NCBI GenBank assembly: GCA_963667845.2
Contig: CAXXVL010000001.1
Location: 1-64,000, forward strand
From: Smithellaceae bacterium
GTDB taxonomy: Bacteria; Desulfobacterota; Syntrophia; Syntrophales; Smithellaceae
DNA: 64,000 bases
Reading direction: 5' to 3'
Positions within the stretch are counted from its first letter, which is position 1. Every line of letters starts with the position of its first letter. The notes below the pieces were generated by a model. The model did not search any database and was not told the DNA's origin. It saw nothing but the letters and a program-made list of their open reading frames with translations. The translations under genes were made by a program, and so were the position numbers. This document shows, in pieces, positions 29,969 through 40,106 of this stretch.

Positions 29969-30019
29969 CGGGGAACCCGTGGGAACATTCGTCAGGCGGC
30001 TCATCGGAAAGCGAGAGAT

Positions 30020-30514
30020 ATGACGGAAAAATGCGCGCCGTCGCAAAGCGCCGCGGACAAAGTCAATTCCCGTCCCGACTGGGACACGTATTTCCTCGAC
30101 ATCGTCGCTCTGGTGTCCAGACGCAGCACCTGTCTGAGACGGGCTGTCGGGGCCGGTCTGGTGCGCGACCGGAGAATTCTGGCCACCGGGTATAACGGCG
30201 CTCCCTCCAAACTGCAGCATTGTCTGGATATCGGCTGCCTGCGCGAACAGCTTCAGGTTCCGTCCGGTGAACGGCATGAATTATGCCGCGGTCTGCATGC
30301 CGAGCAAAACGCGATTATTCAGGCCGCCCTGCACGGCGTCAGCGCCAAGGATTCCACCCTGTATTGCACGAATCACCCCTGTGTTATCTGTGCCAAGATG
30401 ATTATCAATGCCGGTGTCAAGCGCATCGTTATCCGCGACGGTTACAGCGACCGATTGGCCGCGGAAATGTTCAAGGAAGCACAAATCGACGTCGTACAGC
30501 TTACGAATGGATAA
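30020..30514 (+). CDS. Cytidine/deoxycytidylate deaminase family protein (ComEB-like)
   Basis: [24 protein letters not shown]. Confidence 0.92.
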   Translation: MTEKCAPSQSAADKVNSRPDWDTYFLDIVALVSRRSTCLRRAVGAGLVRDRRILATGYNGAPSKLQHCLDIGCLREQLQVPSGERHELCRGLHAEQNAIIQAALHGVSAKDSTLYCTNHPCVICAKMIINAGVKRIVIRDGYSDRLAAEMFKEAQIDVVQLTNG

Positions 30515-30535
30515 AGGATCGGTTCAAACGAAATC

Positions 30536-30997
30536 ATGAAATGTCCTTTTTGCGGCAATGCGGAAAACAAAGTGATTGATTCCCGGATCAGCAAAGACGG
30601 CAAAGCCATCCGCCGTCGCCGCGAATGCCTCGGATGTTCACGGCGCTTTACGACCTATGAGTACGTCGAGGATATTTTGCCGATCGTGGTGAAGAAAGAC
30701 GGTCGGCGCGAACCTTTCGACCGGACAAAAATCCGCAACGGTGTGAGAACAGCTTGCGAAAAAAGGCCGATCAGCACAGAGGATATTGAAAAGATCGTCG
30801 AAAACGTGGAAGCGGCCTCTCAGGAGTTTCAGGGCGAAGAGATTCCATCGTCGGTGATTGGCGAAAAAGTGATGAACGAACTCAAGACACTCGACGGCGT
30901 GGCCTATGTAAGGTTTGCCTCGGTCTACCGACAGTTTCGCGACGTGGGTGAATTCATGTCCGAATTAAAGGATTTATTAAGCAAGGGTAAAAAATAG
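30536..30997 (+). CDS. nrdR: Transcriptional repressor NrdR
   Basis: [26 protein letters not shown]. Confidence 0.97.
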   Translation: MKCPFCGNAENKVIDSRISKDGKAIRRRRECLGCSRRFTTYEYVEDILPIVVKKDGRREPFDRTKIRNGVRTACEKRPISTEDIEKIVENVEAASQEFQGEEIPSSVIGEKVMNELKTLDGVAYVRFASVYRQFRDVGEFMSELKDLLSKGKK

Positions 30998-30999
30998 TC

Positions 31000-31635
31000 A
31001 TGTTTACCGGCATTATCGAAGGATTGGGCAAGGTTGTTCGTCTGACCATGAAAGGCGCGGACGCCGTTCTGGAAGTGGAGACGGCCATTAATCTAAGTGA
31101 GGTCTCGCTGGGGGACAGCATCGCGGTTAACGGTGCTTGTCTGACGGTGACGTCACAGACGGCCAAAACCTTTGCGGCTGACGTTTCCGCCGAATCGCTT
31201 AGCAAGACGACCCTCAAATATCTGCACGCCGGTCACAAGGTTAATCTTGAAAAATCGCTGCGCGTCGGCGGTTTTCTGGGAGGCCACTTTGTGCTGGGAC
31301 ATGTCGACGGGATCAGCCGGATTCTTGCCAGGACCGAAAAGTCGGGCTCCATTATCTTTGCTATTGAAGCTCCGCAGCTCTTGTCGCGGTATATTGTGGA
31401 AAAGGGGTCGGTGGCTATCGACGGAATCAGCCTGACCGTGAACAAGCTTGAAAAAGGTCGGTTTTATGTTAATATTATACCTCATACGGCCGCCAACACG
31501 ACACTGGTTGAAAAGAAAGAGGCCGAGTGGGTGAATGTCGAGACAGATATTCTGGGAAAGTATGTGGAAAAGTTATTGCAAACACCGCGGGGAATCGATA
31601 AGGATTTTCTCGCCGAACACGGTTATATCAAATAA
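31000..31635 (+). CDS. ribE: Riboflavin synthase (alpha chain)
   Basis: [31 protein letters not shown]. Confidence 0.96.
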   Translation: MFTGIIEGLGKVVRLTMKGADAVLEVETAINLSEVSLGDSIAVNGACLTVTSQTAKTFAADVSAESLSKTTLKYLHAGHKVNLEKSLRVGGFLGGHFVLGHVDGISRILARTEKSGSIIFAIEAPQLLSRYIVEKGSVAIDGISLTVNKLEKGRFYVNIIPHTAANTTLVEKKEAEWVNVETDILGKYVEKLLQTPRGIDKDFLAEHGYIK

Positions 31636-31647
31636 GAAGGAAGAAAA

Positions 31648-32850
31648 ATGGCAGTTAGTAAAATTTCGGAAGCTATAGAAGACATCCGCAACGGGAAAAT
31701 GGTTATCCTCGTGGATGATGAAGACCGGGAGAATGAAGGCGACCTCTGTATGGCGTCGCAGTTTGTCACGCCGGAGGCGATCAATTTTATGGCGCGTCTG
31801 GGCCGCGGGTTGATCTGCCTCACGATCAATGAAGAAATCGCGAACCGGTTGAGGTTGAACCTGATGGTGAAAGACAATCAGGCGCGCTTCGGCACGGCGT
31901 TTACCGTTTCCATCGAAGCACGGCATGGCGTGACCACCGGCATTTCAGCGGCGGACCGCGCCACGACGGTTCTGACTGCAGTGAATTGCGCAGCGAAGCC
32001 GGAAGATATCGTGAGCCCGGGCCACATATTCCCGATTCTCGCGCGCAAGGGCGGCGTCCTCGTGCGTACGGGCCAGACCGAAGGGTCGGTCGATTTATGC
32101 CGCCTGGCCGGATTGACACCGTCGGGCGTGATCTGCGAGATCATGAAGGACGACGGAACGATGGCGCGGATGCCCGACCTGGAGATTTTCGCCCGTGAAC
32201 ATAACTTAAAGATCTGTACCATAGCCGATTTGATCGATTACCGCATGCAGCATGAGTCGCTGATTCGGAGGGTTGCCGAGGCTGATTTGCCGACGCTTTA
32301 CGGCGGGGATTTCAAAATCGTTGTCTACGAAAATGACGTGGATGATATGCAGCATATCGCCCTCGTGAAGGGTGATATCAAGAAAACCGATGAGGTACTG
32401 GTCCGCGTGCATTCGGAATGCTGCACCGGCGATATTTTTGCCTCGGCCCGCTGCGATTGCGGCGATCAACTGCACCGGGCAATGGAAATGATCGAAGAAG
32501 AAGGAAAGGGCGTCATTGTCTACATGCGCCAGGAAGGGCGCGGGATCGGCTTGGTCAACAAGATCAAAGCCTACGCCCTGCAGGATGAAGGCCATGATAC
32601 GGTAGAAGCGAACATCGCCCTGGGCTTCAAGGCGGATCTGCGGGACTACGGCATCGGCGCACAGATCCTTGCGGATCTGGGCGTGCATAAAATGCGTTTG
32701 CTGACCAACAATCCCAAAAAGATTGTCGGACTGGAGGGGTACGGGATTGAGGTGACCAAGCGCGTGCCGATTGAAATTCCACCCAATGAAAAAAACATCC
32801 GCTATATGACCACCAAGAAAAGCAAGATGGGTCATATCCTGGAGCTTTAA
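31648..32850 (+). CDS. ribBA: Bifunctional DHBP synthase / GTP cyclohydrolase II
   Basis: [28 protein letters not shown]. Confidence 0.97.
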   Translation: MAVSKISEAIEDIRNGKMVILVDDEDRENEGDLCMASQFVTPEAINFMARLGRGLICLTINEEIANRLRLNLMVKDNQARFGTAFTVSIEARHGVTTGISAADRATTVLTAVNCAAKPEDIVSPGHIFPILARKGGVLVRTGQTEGSVDLCRLAGLTPSGVICEIMKDDGTMARMPDLEIFAREHNLKICTIADLIDYRMQHESLIRRVAEADLPTLYGGDFKIVVYENDVDDMQHIALVKGDIKKTDEVLVRVHSECCTGDIFASARCDCGDQLHRAMEMIEEEGKGVIVYMRQEGRGIGLVNKIKAYALQDEGHDTVEANIALGFKADLRDYGIGAQILADLGVHKMRLLTNNPKKIVGLEGYGIEVTKRVPIEIPPNEKNIRYMTTKKSKMGHILEL

Positions 32851-32909
32851 GAGCGGTAAGGCGCGTTGCGCCACAGTGAATAATTCTAAATAAGGATGGT
32901 GCTCAAATC

Positions 32910-33380
32910 ATGCCAAGAATAATTGAAGGAAAGATTGTTGCCAAGGGGATGAAGTTCGCGATTGCCGCAAGCCGGTTTAACGATTTCATCAGCGGCCGGC
33001 TCGTTGAAGGTGCGGTGGATACGCTGATCCGGGCCGGGGCGGACGAGAAGGATATCGTGATCTACAAGGTGCCCGGCGCTTTTGAGCTGCCGCTCGCGGC
33101 CAAGAAGCTGGCAAAAAGCGCGCGCTTTGATGCAGTGATCTGCCTGGGCGCGGTCATTCGCGGCGCGACGCCTCATTTTGAGTATGTGAGCGCAGAAGTT
33201 TCCAAAGGCATCGCCAATGTGGGGCTGGAGGCGGAGATCCCGGTGGTTTTCGGTGTCCTGACGACGGACACGATAGAACAGGCCATTGAGCGGGCAGGCA
33301 CAAAATCCGGCAATAAGGGCGCAGACGCGGCGATGGCAGCCATCGAAATGGTCGATCTGTTCAAAAAGATAAACGCATAG
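32910..33380 (+). CDS. ribH: 6,7-dimethyl-8-ribityllumazine synthase
   Basis: [26 protein letters not shown]. Confidence 0.97.
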   Translation: MPRIIEGKIVAKGMKFAIAASRFNDFISGRLVEGAVDTLIRAGADEKDIVIYKVPGAFELPLAAKKLAKSARFDAVICLGAVIRGATPHFEYVSAEVSKGIANVGLEAEIPVVFGVLTTDTIEQAIERAGTKSGNKGADAAMAAIEMVDLFKKINA

Positions 33381-33434
33381 CAAAAAGAAACGGCGCGGGT
33401 ATCTTGGGCGCTTTTTTCGGGATTTGAGGATTAG

Positions 33435-33890
33435 ATGCAGGGACGGAGAAAGGCGCGCGAAGTTGCCTTACAGGTTCTTTACAGTTTGAATTTTGTTACG
33501 CTGGATGTAGAAAAAGCTCAGGAGCTTTTCTGGGGTAATTTTGTCGCACCGAAATCGGCCAAAGAGTTTGCCTCCACACTGGTCGAGGGTACCTGGCATC
33601 ATCGGGAAGAACTCGACGCACTCATTGCCGGTTGCTCGGACAACTGGTCGCTCGGCCGCATGTCCAAAGTGGACATCAGTATTTTGCGGATGGCCGCTTA
33701 CGAATTTCTTTACTGTGATGATATTCCGCCCAAAGTCAGCATCAACGAAGCGGTTGATTTGGGGAAGGCGTTCGGATCGGAAAATTCCGGTTCTTTCATC
33801 AACGGCATCCTGGATGCCCTCAATTTGAAAATTACTAAAAATCATGCAGCTAAACTTGTCGACCCAACCGGCCGACCGACAAAGGCATAA
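33435..33890 (+). CDS. nusB: Transcription antitermination factor NusB
   Basis: RRKAREVALQ; VSINEAVDLGK; FINGILD. Confidence 0.96.
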   Translation: MQGRRKAREVALQVLYSLNFVTLDVEKAQELFWGNFVAPKSAKEFASTLVEGTWHHREELDALIAGCSDNWSLGRMSKVDISILRMAAYEFLYCDDIPPKVSINEAVDLGKAFGSENSGSFINGILDALNLKITKNHAAKLVDPTGRPTKA

Positions 33891-34416
33891 ATGCCTGGTC
33901 CTCGGTTTCTTCAGCGATGAAAAACCGCCGCGGGGTCTGTGCGGTTTCATCGATTGGCGCTCAAACGGTATGATCTCGCGCGAAATCAAAGCGGGCCATA
34001 TCGCGGGCGAGCTTAAAGAAAAAGTGGCGATCCCTTATCCGGAGCGCATCAGCTCGGATCTGCTGCTTCTATTTGGTATGGGCCCACTAACCGATATTTC
34101 ATACGACCGGGTCTACTCCGCGGCCTATGAAATCGCCGGTACGATCGACAAAATGAAGATCAGGGATTTTGCATTTGATCTGCCGGGCGAGGGGCGATCC
34201 GGATTGGCCGTTGCCGGAATCCTGGAAGCCATGATCACCGGTTATTTTGATTATTTGTCCGAGGATGTGAGTAAGCTGACCCAGATGAATGTCTGCATTG
34301 TGACATCCTCTGAGCGATTGAAAGATGTAGCGGAAGGAATCCGCCAATTTCACAAAAATGTGCGGCATCTCGGATCGGTTGATTTCAGCGCCCTTGAGCC
34401 GCACTTTAGCTCGTAG
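33844..34416 (+). CDS. Stand-alone peptidase M17 (leucyl aminopeptidase) N-terminal-domain protein
   Basis: 'LVLGFFSDEKPPRGLCGFIDWRSNGMIS..LLLFGMG'; no catalytic domain. Confidence 0.65.
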   Translation: MQLNLSTQPADRQRHKCLVLGFFSDEKPPRGLCGFIDWRSNGMISREIKAGHIAGELKEKVAIPYPERISSDLLLLFGMGPLTDISYDRVYSAAYEIAGTIDKMKIRDFAFDLPGEGRSGLAVAGILEAMITGYFDYLSEDVSKLTQMNVCIVTSSERLKDVAEGIRQFHKNVRHLGSVDFSALEPHFSS

Positions 34417-34441
34417 CTCGTAGCTCGTAGCTCATAGTTCA
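34407..34441. repeat. Heptamer tandem repeat (TAGCTCG)x3, TAGCTCA, TAGTTCA
   Basis: Directly visible; spans the stop codon. Confidence 0.85.
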
Positions 34442-34471
34442 TCGATCATTTAAGTAAATAAATATCTGCTC

Positions 34472-35782
34472 TTAATCCATGTGTTCCAGGGATAATTTTG
34501 CCGGCTGCCTTCCTAGAAGCACCATTCCGAAGTGCTCGTATTTTTCACCGGTTTTGATATCCAGGTCATGCCAGCGCGCCAGAAACTCGCGTTCCCTGAG
34601 CCACGTCCGGCGAATCGTTGCGGGATCTTCAAAAAGCAGTACATCCTTATTCAGGCCGATGACGATCGCGTAGTGGCCATCGTCCCAGTCGCGGCGCCAG
34701 TCATCGAGCGCCATATAGCGATCGGCCCAGGCCTGAAGCAGGACAATTACCGGTGTTCCCGTATCGACGTACTGTTTGACTTGATTGAGGGACCACTGTG
34801 ATCCGGATTTGACTTCAAAACCATAGCTCTGCGCGACTGAGATCATCGCCTGCGGCGGCGTGCCTTCTTCAGACGTGCCCAGTTTTTCGATCAATTCGTC
34901 ACCACCCACTTCAACGCCGTAATAATTCATCACGGTTTGCAGCGCCTGGGCACCGCAGTCATACTCATAGTTCTGTTTGCCGATGTGCAGGTCGATCATC
35001 GACATGCTTTGCGATTCCTGCAGCGACTGGAGAGTCTGGGTGAGAGATTCGGCAAAAGCACGGCGGAGCCGGTTAATCTGGCCGATGTTGGGCGTTTGGT
35101 CTGCGTTCTTGAAAAGATGGTCGTTCGTCTCCTGAATAAACGAGGGAGCCCGCGCGCCGATCCGCTTCAAAGCGTTTACCGAATGGGCGGCGCACACGTG
35201 GCCGTGAACCTTGACATACTCCGAAGCATTCACGGTGATCAGGAGGTCGGGCAGACGTTTTCTCAGTTCGGCTGCATAAGTTTCCACAATGATGTCCGGG
35301 CAATAGTAGAGGGGTTTTTCATCGCGATCCGTATGTTGGAAATTCATCAGATCGATTTGATTGTCGGCCATGCCGCGGGCGGTGATCGTGGAATGGCCGT
35401 CAAAAACCAAGCCAGCGCCTGCGAAAATGATTTCTTCGATGCTGCGGTGAAAGGGTTTGAGATACTTTTCCGACCAGGCTGCCCGCATGGATGCCGACGG
35501 TTCATATCCGGTGCGGTAGATCGGGCGGCCGAAAACATCGTGAAGCGGGACACACTCTTCAATGTCGGCCGGGTCCCGATTGGCTTCCAAAAGGATACTG
35601 CAGTAAGGGAACACCAGCTGCCGGTTGGCGAGGATGTCACGGAAATCATACAGCCATTGTGTGTACCAGTCGATATTGCCGAGCAATTCGGCAAAATCGG
35701 CCGTCAGGTCTTCAAACGAGATTTCGGTCGGAATCGCGACGCCGCCGTGCGGCACAACAACCAGAATATCCGATCCTGTCAT
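34472..35782 (-). CDS. N-formylglutamate amidohydrolase-like domain fused to a C39-family cysteine peptidase
   Basis: N-terminal VPHGG, DWYT, NRDP, PFH, DGHS; C-terminal Q..YDCG, GT, GHYAIVIG, EDP. Confidence 0.75.
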   Translation of the reverse strand: MTGSDILVVVPHGGVAIPTEISFEDLTADFAELLGNIDWYTQWLYDFRDILANRQLVFPYCSILLEANRDPADIEECVPLHDVFGRPIYRTGYEPSASMRAAWSEKYLKPFHRSIEEIIFAGAGLVFDGHSTITARGMADNQIDLMNFQHTDRDEKPLYYCPDIIVETYAAELRKRLPDLLITVNASEYVKVHGHVCAAHSVNALKRIGARAPSFIQETNDHLFKNADQTPNIGQINRLRRAFAESLTQTLQSLQESQSMSMIDLHIGKQNYEYDCGAQALQTVMNYYGVEVGGDELIEKLGTSEEGTPPQAMISVAQSYGFEVKSGSQWSLNQVKQYVDTGTPVIVLLQAWADRYMALDDWRRDWDDGHYAIVIGLNKDVLLFEDPATIRRTWLREREFLARWHDLDIKTGEKYEHFGMVLLGRQPAKLSLEHMD

Positions 35783-35970
35783 ATCATTAACCTTTCATGC
35801 CCGTGCATCTTCTTTAGTTTGACAGAAATATCAACTATTGTAGCTCTTTTCCCCGCCTTTGCAATGTAAAATAATTTGAATAAAATCATCAATTTGTGGT
35901 TTATTCATTGACACCGGGGCCGTTCTTCCTATACCCTCATTTCACTAAAACTGGCAATTACCGGACACTC

Positions 35971-37287
35971 ATGACTGGCTCACCTTCACTTAAACAGACC
36001 CGTTTTTCCGGCTGGTTGACGCTTGCAGGCGTAATGCTCGCATACGGAGGCATCTGCGGGGATGTTACCTATGCGTTCGGCGTCTTTCTGCCGTCCATGA
36101 GCGAAACATTTGGATGGAGCCGTTCGGCGCTTTCCGGTCCTTATACTCTCTTTCTCATCATCGGCGGTATGCTGGGGCCGGTGGCCGGTTGGACCGTTGC
36201 CCGCTTCGGCGCCCGGAAAAATATCGTCCTGGGGAATATCATTGCCGTAATCGGATTGCTGGGTATGTCGCAGGTCCGGGACATCTGGCAGGTTTACTTT
36301 TTTTTCGGCGTTCTGGGTGGGCTTGCTCTGGCCTTTGCCGAATTCCTCACCACGACGACCGTCATCAACCACTGGTTTGTCAAAAAGCGATCGCTGGCCC
36401 TCGGGTTTCTGTTTGCCGCGGGCGGTGCAGGCGGCTTCTTTCTCCCCCCGCTGATCAGCGCTCTCATTACGGGTTTTTCCTGGCGCTGGACATGGGTCTG
36501 CGTTGCGGGCATCCATTTGCTTTTCGGCGTTGTGCTGGCGGGGCTTCTCATCCGCAACACGCCGGAAGAAGAAGGCCAGTTTCCGGACGGGCATGCATCG
36601 CAGGAGCAGTTTGACCAGTGGCACCGGCAGGCAACCGGTCATGTCTATCACACGAGAGAGGATTGGAGTGTGCGCGATGCTCTCAAGACGCCTGTACTCT
36701 GGATTCTGCTCATCTTGTTTTCCGTGCTCCTGTTTGCAACCACAATGCTCACCACCCATCAGGTGGCCTACCTGCAGGACTTGAAGTATTCTCCGCTCGC
36801 TTCCGCATCTGCTCTGGGACTGATGCTGGGAATGAGTATCCTCGGCAGGATGCTCGGCGGAGTCCTGGGAATGCGGTTTACCAGCCGGTATCTGGCGGCG
36901 GCCTTCATGGCCTGCCTGGGGATCGGGCTTCTATCGCTTATGAACGCGCGGGACATCATCTTTGTTTACCTTTACTCCATTCTAACCGGCATCGGGTTCG
37001 GCGGGATGATTGTCCTTCTGCCCCATACGATGGGCGCGTACTTCGGACGCCGGCACTTCTCCCGGATTGTCGGCTGGACCACACCGGTGGTGACGCTGGC
37101 GAGTGCATCGAGTCCGCTCTTGGCCGGATTGCTCTATGATGCGACGGGCAGCTACGCTATTCCTTTTGGTATCACGGCGGCGCTTATTTTCGGATGCGTT
37201 ATTCTGACGCTGTGGGCGCGTCCGCCGCGCCCGCGGGAGGCCATCCGTAGGGAAAAATCCGCAGGCCGCGAATTTCCATTTGTCTAA
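35971..37287 (+). CDS. MFS transporter (OFA/MCT-like)
   Basis: ~12 TM; 'HWFVKKRSLALG'; 'LYDATGSY'. Confidence 0.9.
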   Translation: MTGSPSLKQTRFSGWLTLAGVMLAYGGICGDVTYAFGVFLPSMSETFGWSRSALSGPYTLFLIIGGMLGPVAGWTVARFGARKNIVLGNIIAVIGLLGMSQVRDIWQVYFFFGVLGGLALAFAEFLTTTTVINHWFVKKRSLALGFLFAAGGAGGFFLPPLISALITGFSWRWTWVCVAGIHLLFGVVLAGLLIRNTPEEEGQFPDGHASQEQFDQWHRQATGHVYHTREDWSVRDALKTPVLWILLILFSVLLFATTMLTTHQVAYLQDLKYSPLASASALGLMLGMSILGRMLGGVLGMRFTSRYLAAAFMACLGIGLLSLMNARDIIFVYLYSILTGIGFGGMIVLLPHTMGAYFGRRHFSRIVGWTTPVVTLASASSPLLAGLLYDATGSYAIPFGITAALIFGCVILTLWARPPRPREAIRREKSAGREFPFV

Positions 37288-37315
37288 ATTCCGGAATCGG
37301 TGTAAGGGAAAAAAC

Positions 37316-38257
37316 ATGAAAAATGATAGCGGAATGATGGTCGCAGTGCGGGTCAGTCTCATTTGCAACGTGATTCTTTTTGTCATTAAATTGATCACGC
37401 TGCTGATCGTCAACTCTCTGGCCGTTGCCGCCGATCTGGGCATATCGGTCGTCGCTCTGGGCGTGTCCGGCATCCTGTATTATGCCATCAGGATGTCCAG
37501 CAAGCCCGCGGACCTGCTCCACAACTATGGATACGGTAAAGTCGAAAATGTAACGGAAGCCATCGAAGGCGTCGTTTTAATCGGGCTGGCCCTGGCCATG
37601 TCCGTTCAGGCCGTCCTCAGTCTGATCAGGCCGGGCACGGGCGTGCATTCGCCGTTCATCGGCATGGCCACCAGTTTTTTGGGCATCGTCATTAATTTCT
37701 GGGGAGCCCACTTTATCCTGAAGCTTGGGATAAAGCATGCGTCACCGGCTTTGAAAGCCGAAGGGCTTCACTTCCGATTGGAAGGGGTTATTTCACTGTC
37801 CATTACGCTGGCATTTGCTCTGGTGATGGCCCTAAATTATTTCGGATCCCTCACCCTTGCGAAGTACGTCGATCCCGTGGCGACGCTGATCGTGAGTGCG
37901 CTGATTACCTTGCCGTCGGTCCGTCTGCTTCGGGAAGCCTTCATGAAACTTCTGGATGCGTCGATCGGTGAAACCAGCCAGATGGATGTCATTAAAACGC
38001 TGGCCAGCCACTATGACCGGTACTGTGATTTTAAGGAGATCCGGACGCGATCGGCCGGACGAAAACAGTTTGTGGATATCCATCTGATCATGCCGGATCA
38101 TCTTTCCATTAAAAAAGCTCATCAGATTACGGCGGCCGTGAAAAGTGATATCGCAGCCGTCGTCGCGGAGAGTGAAGTGACGGTGCACATCGAGCCCTGC
38201 AAAAGAGATTGCGCTTACATGGAGAAGAACCAGCCATGTCCCTATGCCGGCACCTGA
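37316..38257 (+). CDS. Cation diffusion facilitator family transporter
   Basis: 'KPADLLHNYGYGKVE'; C-terminal 'RTRSAG..VDIHL..VHIEP'. Confidence 0.9.
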   Translation: MKNDSGMMVAVRVSLICNVILFVIKLITLLIVNSLAVAADLGISVVALGVSGILYYAIRMSSKPADLLHNYGYGKVENVTEAIEGVVLIGLALAMSVQAVLSLIRPGTGVHSPFIGMATSFLGIVINFWGAHFILKLGIKHASPALKAEGLHFRLEGVISLSITLAFALVMALNYFGSLTLAKYVDPVATLIVSALITLPSVRLLREAFMKLLDASIGETSQMDVIKTLASHYDRYCDFKEIRTRSAGRKQFVDIHLIMPDHLSIKKAHQITAAVKSDIAAVVAESEVTVHIEPCKRDCAYMEKNQPCPYAGT

Positions 38258-38294
38258 CGGCAGTGACCCCAAACCACCTTCCCGGCGGCCGCTG

Positions 38295-39287
38295 CTAAAA
38301 TGAGTATTCCAGTCCCAGGGTGACGCTCGTCTGCTCCGACCAGACTTTGACGCCATTGTAAAATTTGAAATCGATGCCGAAGGATTCATTGGTCAGACGA
38401 TGGGAGCCGGTGGTTGCGATGCGCCGGTATTCGGCGCCCAGTATGGCATTCAGATTTTGTGTGAGTCCGATTTTTAAATTCACCAGAGCATGCCAGGCGT
38501 CACCGGTTGTATTTTCTTCCGTGATACGGTTTCCCTCCCGGAGCAGGTGGTGGTCTTGATTGTTGGCTGTCACATACGACCAATCCATTTGCGTCTGTAT
38601 TTTCAGGCCGGACAGGTGAAACGGCTTCCCCAGATCAAATGCGGCCTTGAAGCCGAGGAAGAACTGCCAGTACGTCTGCTCGAAAGCGATGCCGTCTCCG
38701 GGCAAAAGCGTCGTCTCCACTCCGCTTGGCGTAAGTCCATATTGAACACCGTCATGCGTCACCAGAGAAAACCGTTGCCACGTCAATCCGGCGACGGGAC
38801 GCAGGTCGAGCCATCGCGGCAATCTCAGCCAATCCGATATTTTGAGATCAACGTCGCCGCTCACGATATAACTGGGTTCCATCCGGCAGAAGGATTCGGA
38901 ATAAATTGTCTTGAGCGCCGGCCGTTCACCGTCGTCCCAGTCGGAATCCATCATCTTGCCTTCCGATTCGGGAGAGAGATTGCGGAAGATCTCGACGCCG
39001 GCTGAGAAGCGGGAAAAATCGCGGCGCAAAGACGCACCGGCCCACCAGCTGGAGAGCGGAAACTCCAAGCGGCTAAGCGGCGTCTGGTAGGGCGGGAACG
39101 GATTTCCGAATTCATAGGAGGTGTGACTTCGGAAGAAATACTTCGTCTGCAGAGAAACCGACCATGGAGAGGCAGCATCCTTTCCCGGCGTTTCGACCGC
39201 CCGGGCAGGGGCAGCAGTCAATGAACCCAGCAAAAAGAGTACGGATATGATCAGGATGCCCGTATATTTCAGGGTTGGCAATTTCAT
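38295..39287 (-). CDS. Omptin-family outer membrane protease
   Basis: Signal peptide; 'LSRLEFP', 'GKMMDSDW', 'DHHLLR'; terminal Phe. Confidence 0.75.
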   Translation of the reverse strand: MKLPTLKYTGILIISVLFLLGSLTAAPARAVETPGKDAASPWSVSLQTKYFFRSHTSYEFGNPFPPYQTPLSRLEFPLSSWWAGASLRRDFSRFSAGVEIFRNLSPESEGKMMDSDWDDGERPALKTIYSESFCRMEPSYIVSGDVDLKISDWLRLPRWLDLRPVAGLTWQRFSLVTHDGVQYGLTPSGVETTLLPGDGIAFEQTYWQFFLGFKAAFDLGKPFHLSGLKIQTQMDWSYVTANNQDHHLLREGNRITEENTTGDAWHALVNLKIGLTQNLNAILGAEYRRIATTGSHRLTNESFGIDFKFYNGVKVWSEQTSVTLGLEYSF

Positions 39288-39385
39288 TTGCTTTCTGCAC
39301 ACAGTTGGCTTGCGTTTAGACGGGCCTCAGTGCCTCCGCCGCCCGAGTCCCGCACCGGCATCGGCGCAAAGGAACGCGCATTTGA

Positions 39386-39865
39386 TCACGGTTTGGGGAC
39401 GTCGTTCCAGATATCTCTCGCGATTTTCCAGCTTCCGTCGGACTGCTTTTTTAAAACCATCAGGTAGTAGCCGCCATGCTGCATCATCGGGCCTCCCTGC
39501 CTGGCCGAATCTTTTCTCTGCCAGGGTCCGTTGAGAAATGCCCACTGGCCGCAGATCTGGATTTTGCCCGGCTGCAGCTCAAACGCGGATCGCGTCTTTT
39601 CAAAAAAAGCGGCGTAGCGGGCGACGATTTTTTGCGCTCCGATAATGGCCTGCTCACCCGTCGGCGGCATCCAGACCGCATCACGGTCGATCAGCCCGGC
39701 CATAGCCTTGGCGTCGCCCGCGCTGTAAGCGGCGTTGAACGCGAGGCGGACCTTATCAACGGAGGTTTCGTCGTCTTTGGCCAAACCATTCCCCGCTCCC
39801 AAAACGGCTAAAATCATCACCAGGACCGTACAAATCATTACTGCGTGCATATTGCTTTTCTTCAT
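39386..39865 (-). CDS. Secreted NTF2/SnoaL-like (DUF4440) protein
   Basis: Signal peptide; 'GDAKAMA..DAVWMPP'; 'KKQSDGSWKIARDIWN'. Confidence 0.82.
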   Translation of the reverse strand: MKKSNMHAVMICTVLVMILAVLGAGNGLAKDDETSVDKVRLAFNAAYSAGDAKAMAGLIDRDAVWMPPTGEQAIIGAQKIVARYAAFFEKTRSAFELQPGKIQICGQWAFLNGPWQRKDSARQGGPMMQHGGYYLMVLKKQSDGSWKIARDIWNDVPKP

Positions 39866-40106
39866 TGCCTGCTCTTTTCCTGATTATTTGTCCGAACCAT
39901 ATACAAAAAAATGCAGGCGCTTGTCAAAGCGCACAAAATGCGATCCACGCCGCGGCAACGATACCCGTGAGGCGTCCCTGACCGGGTCCGCGGGGTCGGG
40001 GCCGATGCAAGCCGAAAGCATCCATGAGCGGCGCTCAAGCATTGCCTTTCAGGTGGACGAAAGCAGCGGAAGGCCGCGCGTCGCATCTTCGCTTCATAAA
40101 TTTCCG

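Noticed and set aside
27425..30277. Long antisense ORFs 27425-28612 and 28850-30277
   Set aside because: Shadow frames of fabF and glyA.
39866..40106. GC-rich intergenic stretch as ncRNA or small gene
   Set aside because: No convincing structure or coding signal by eye.
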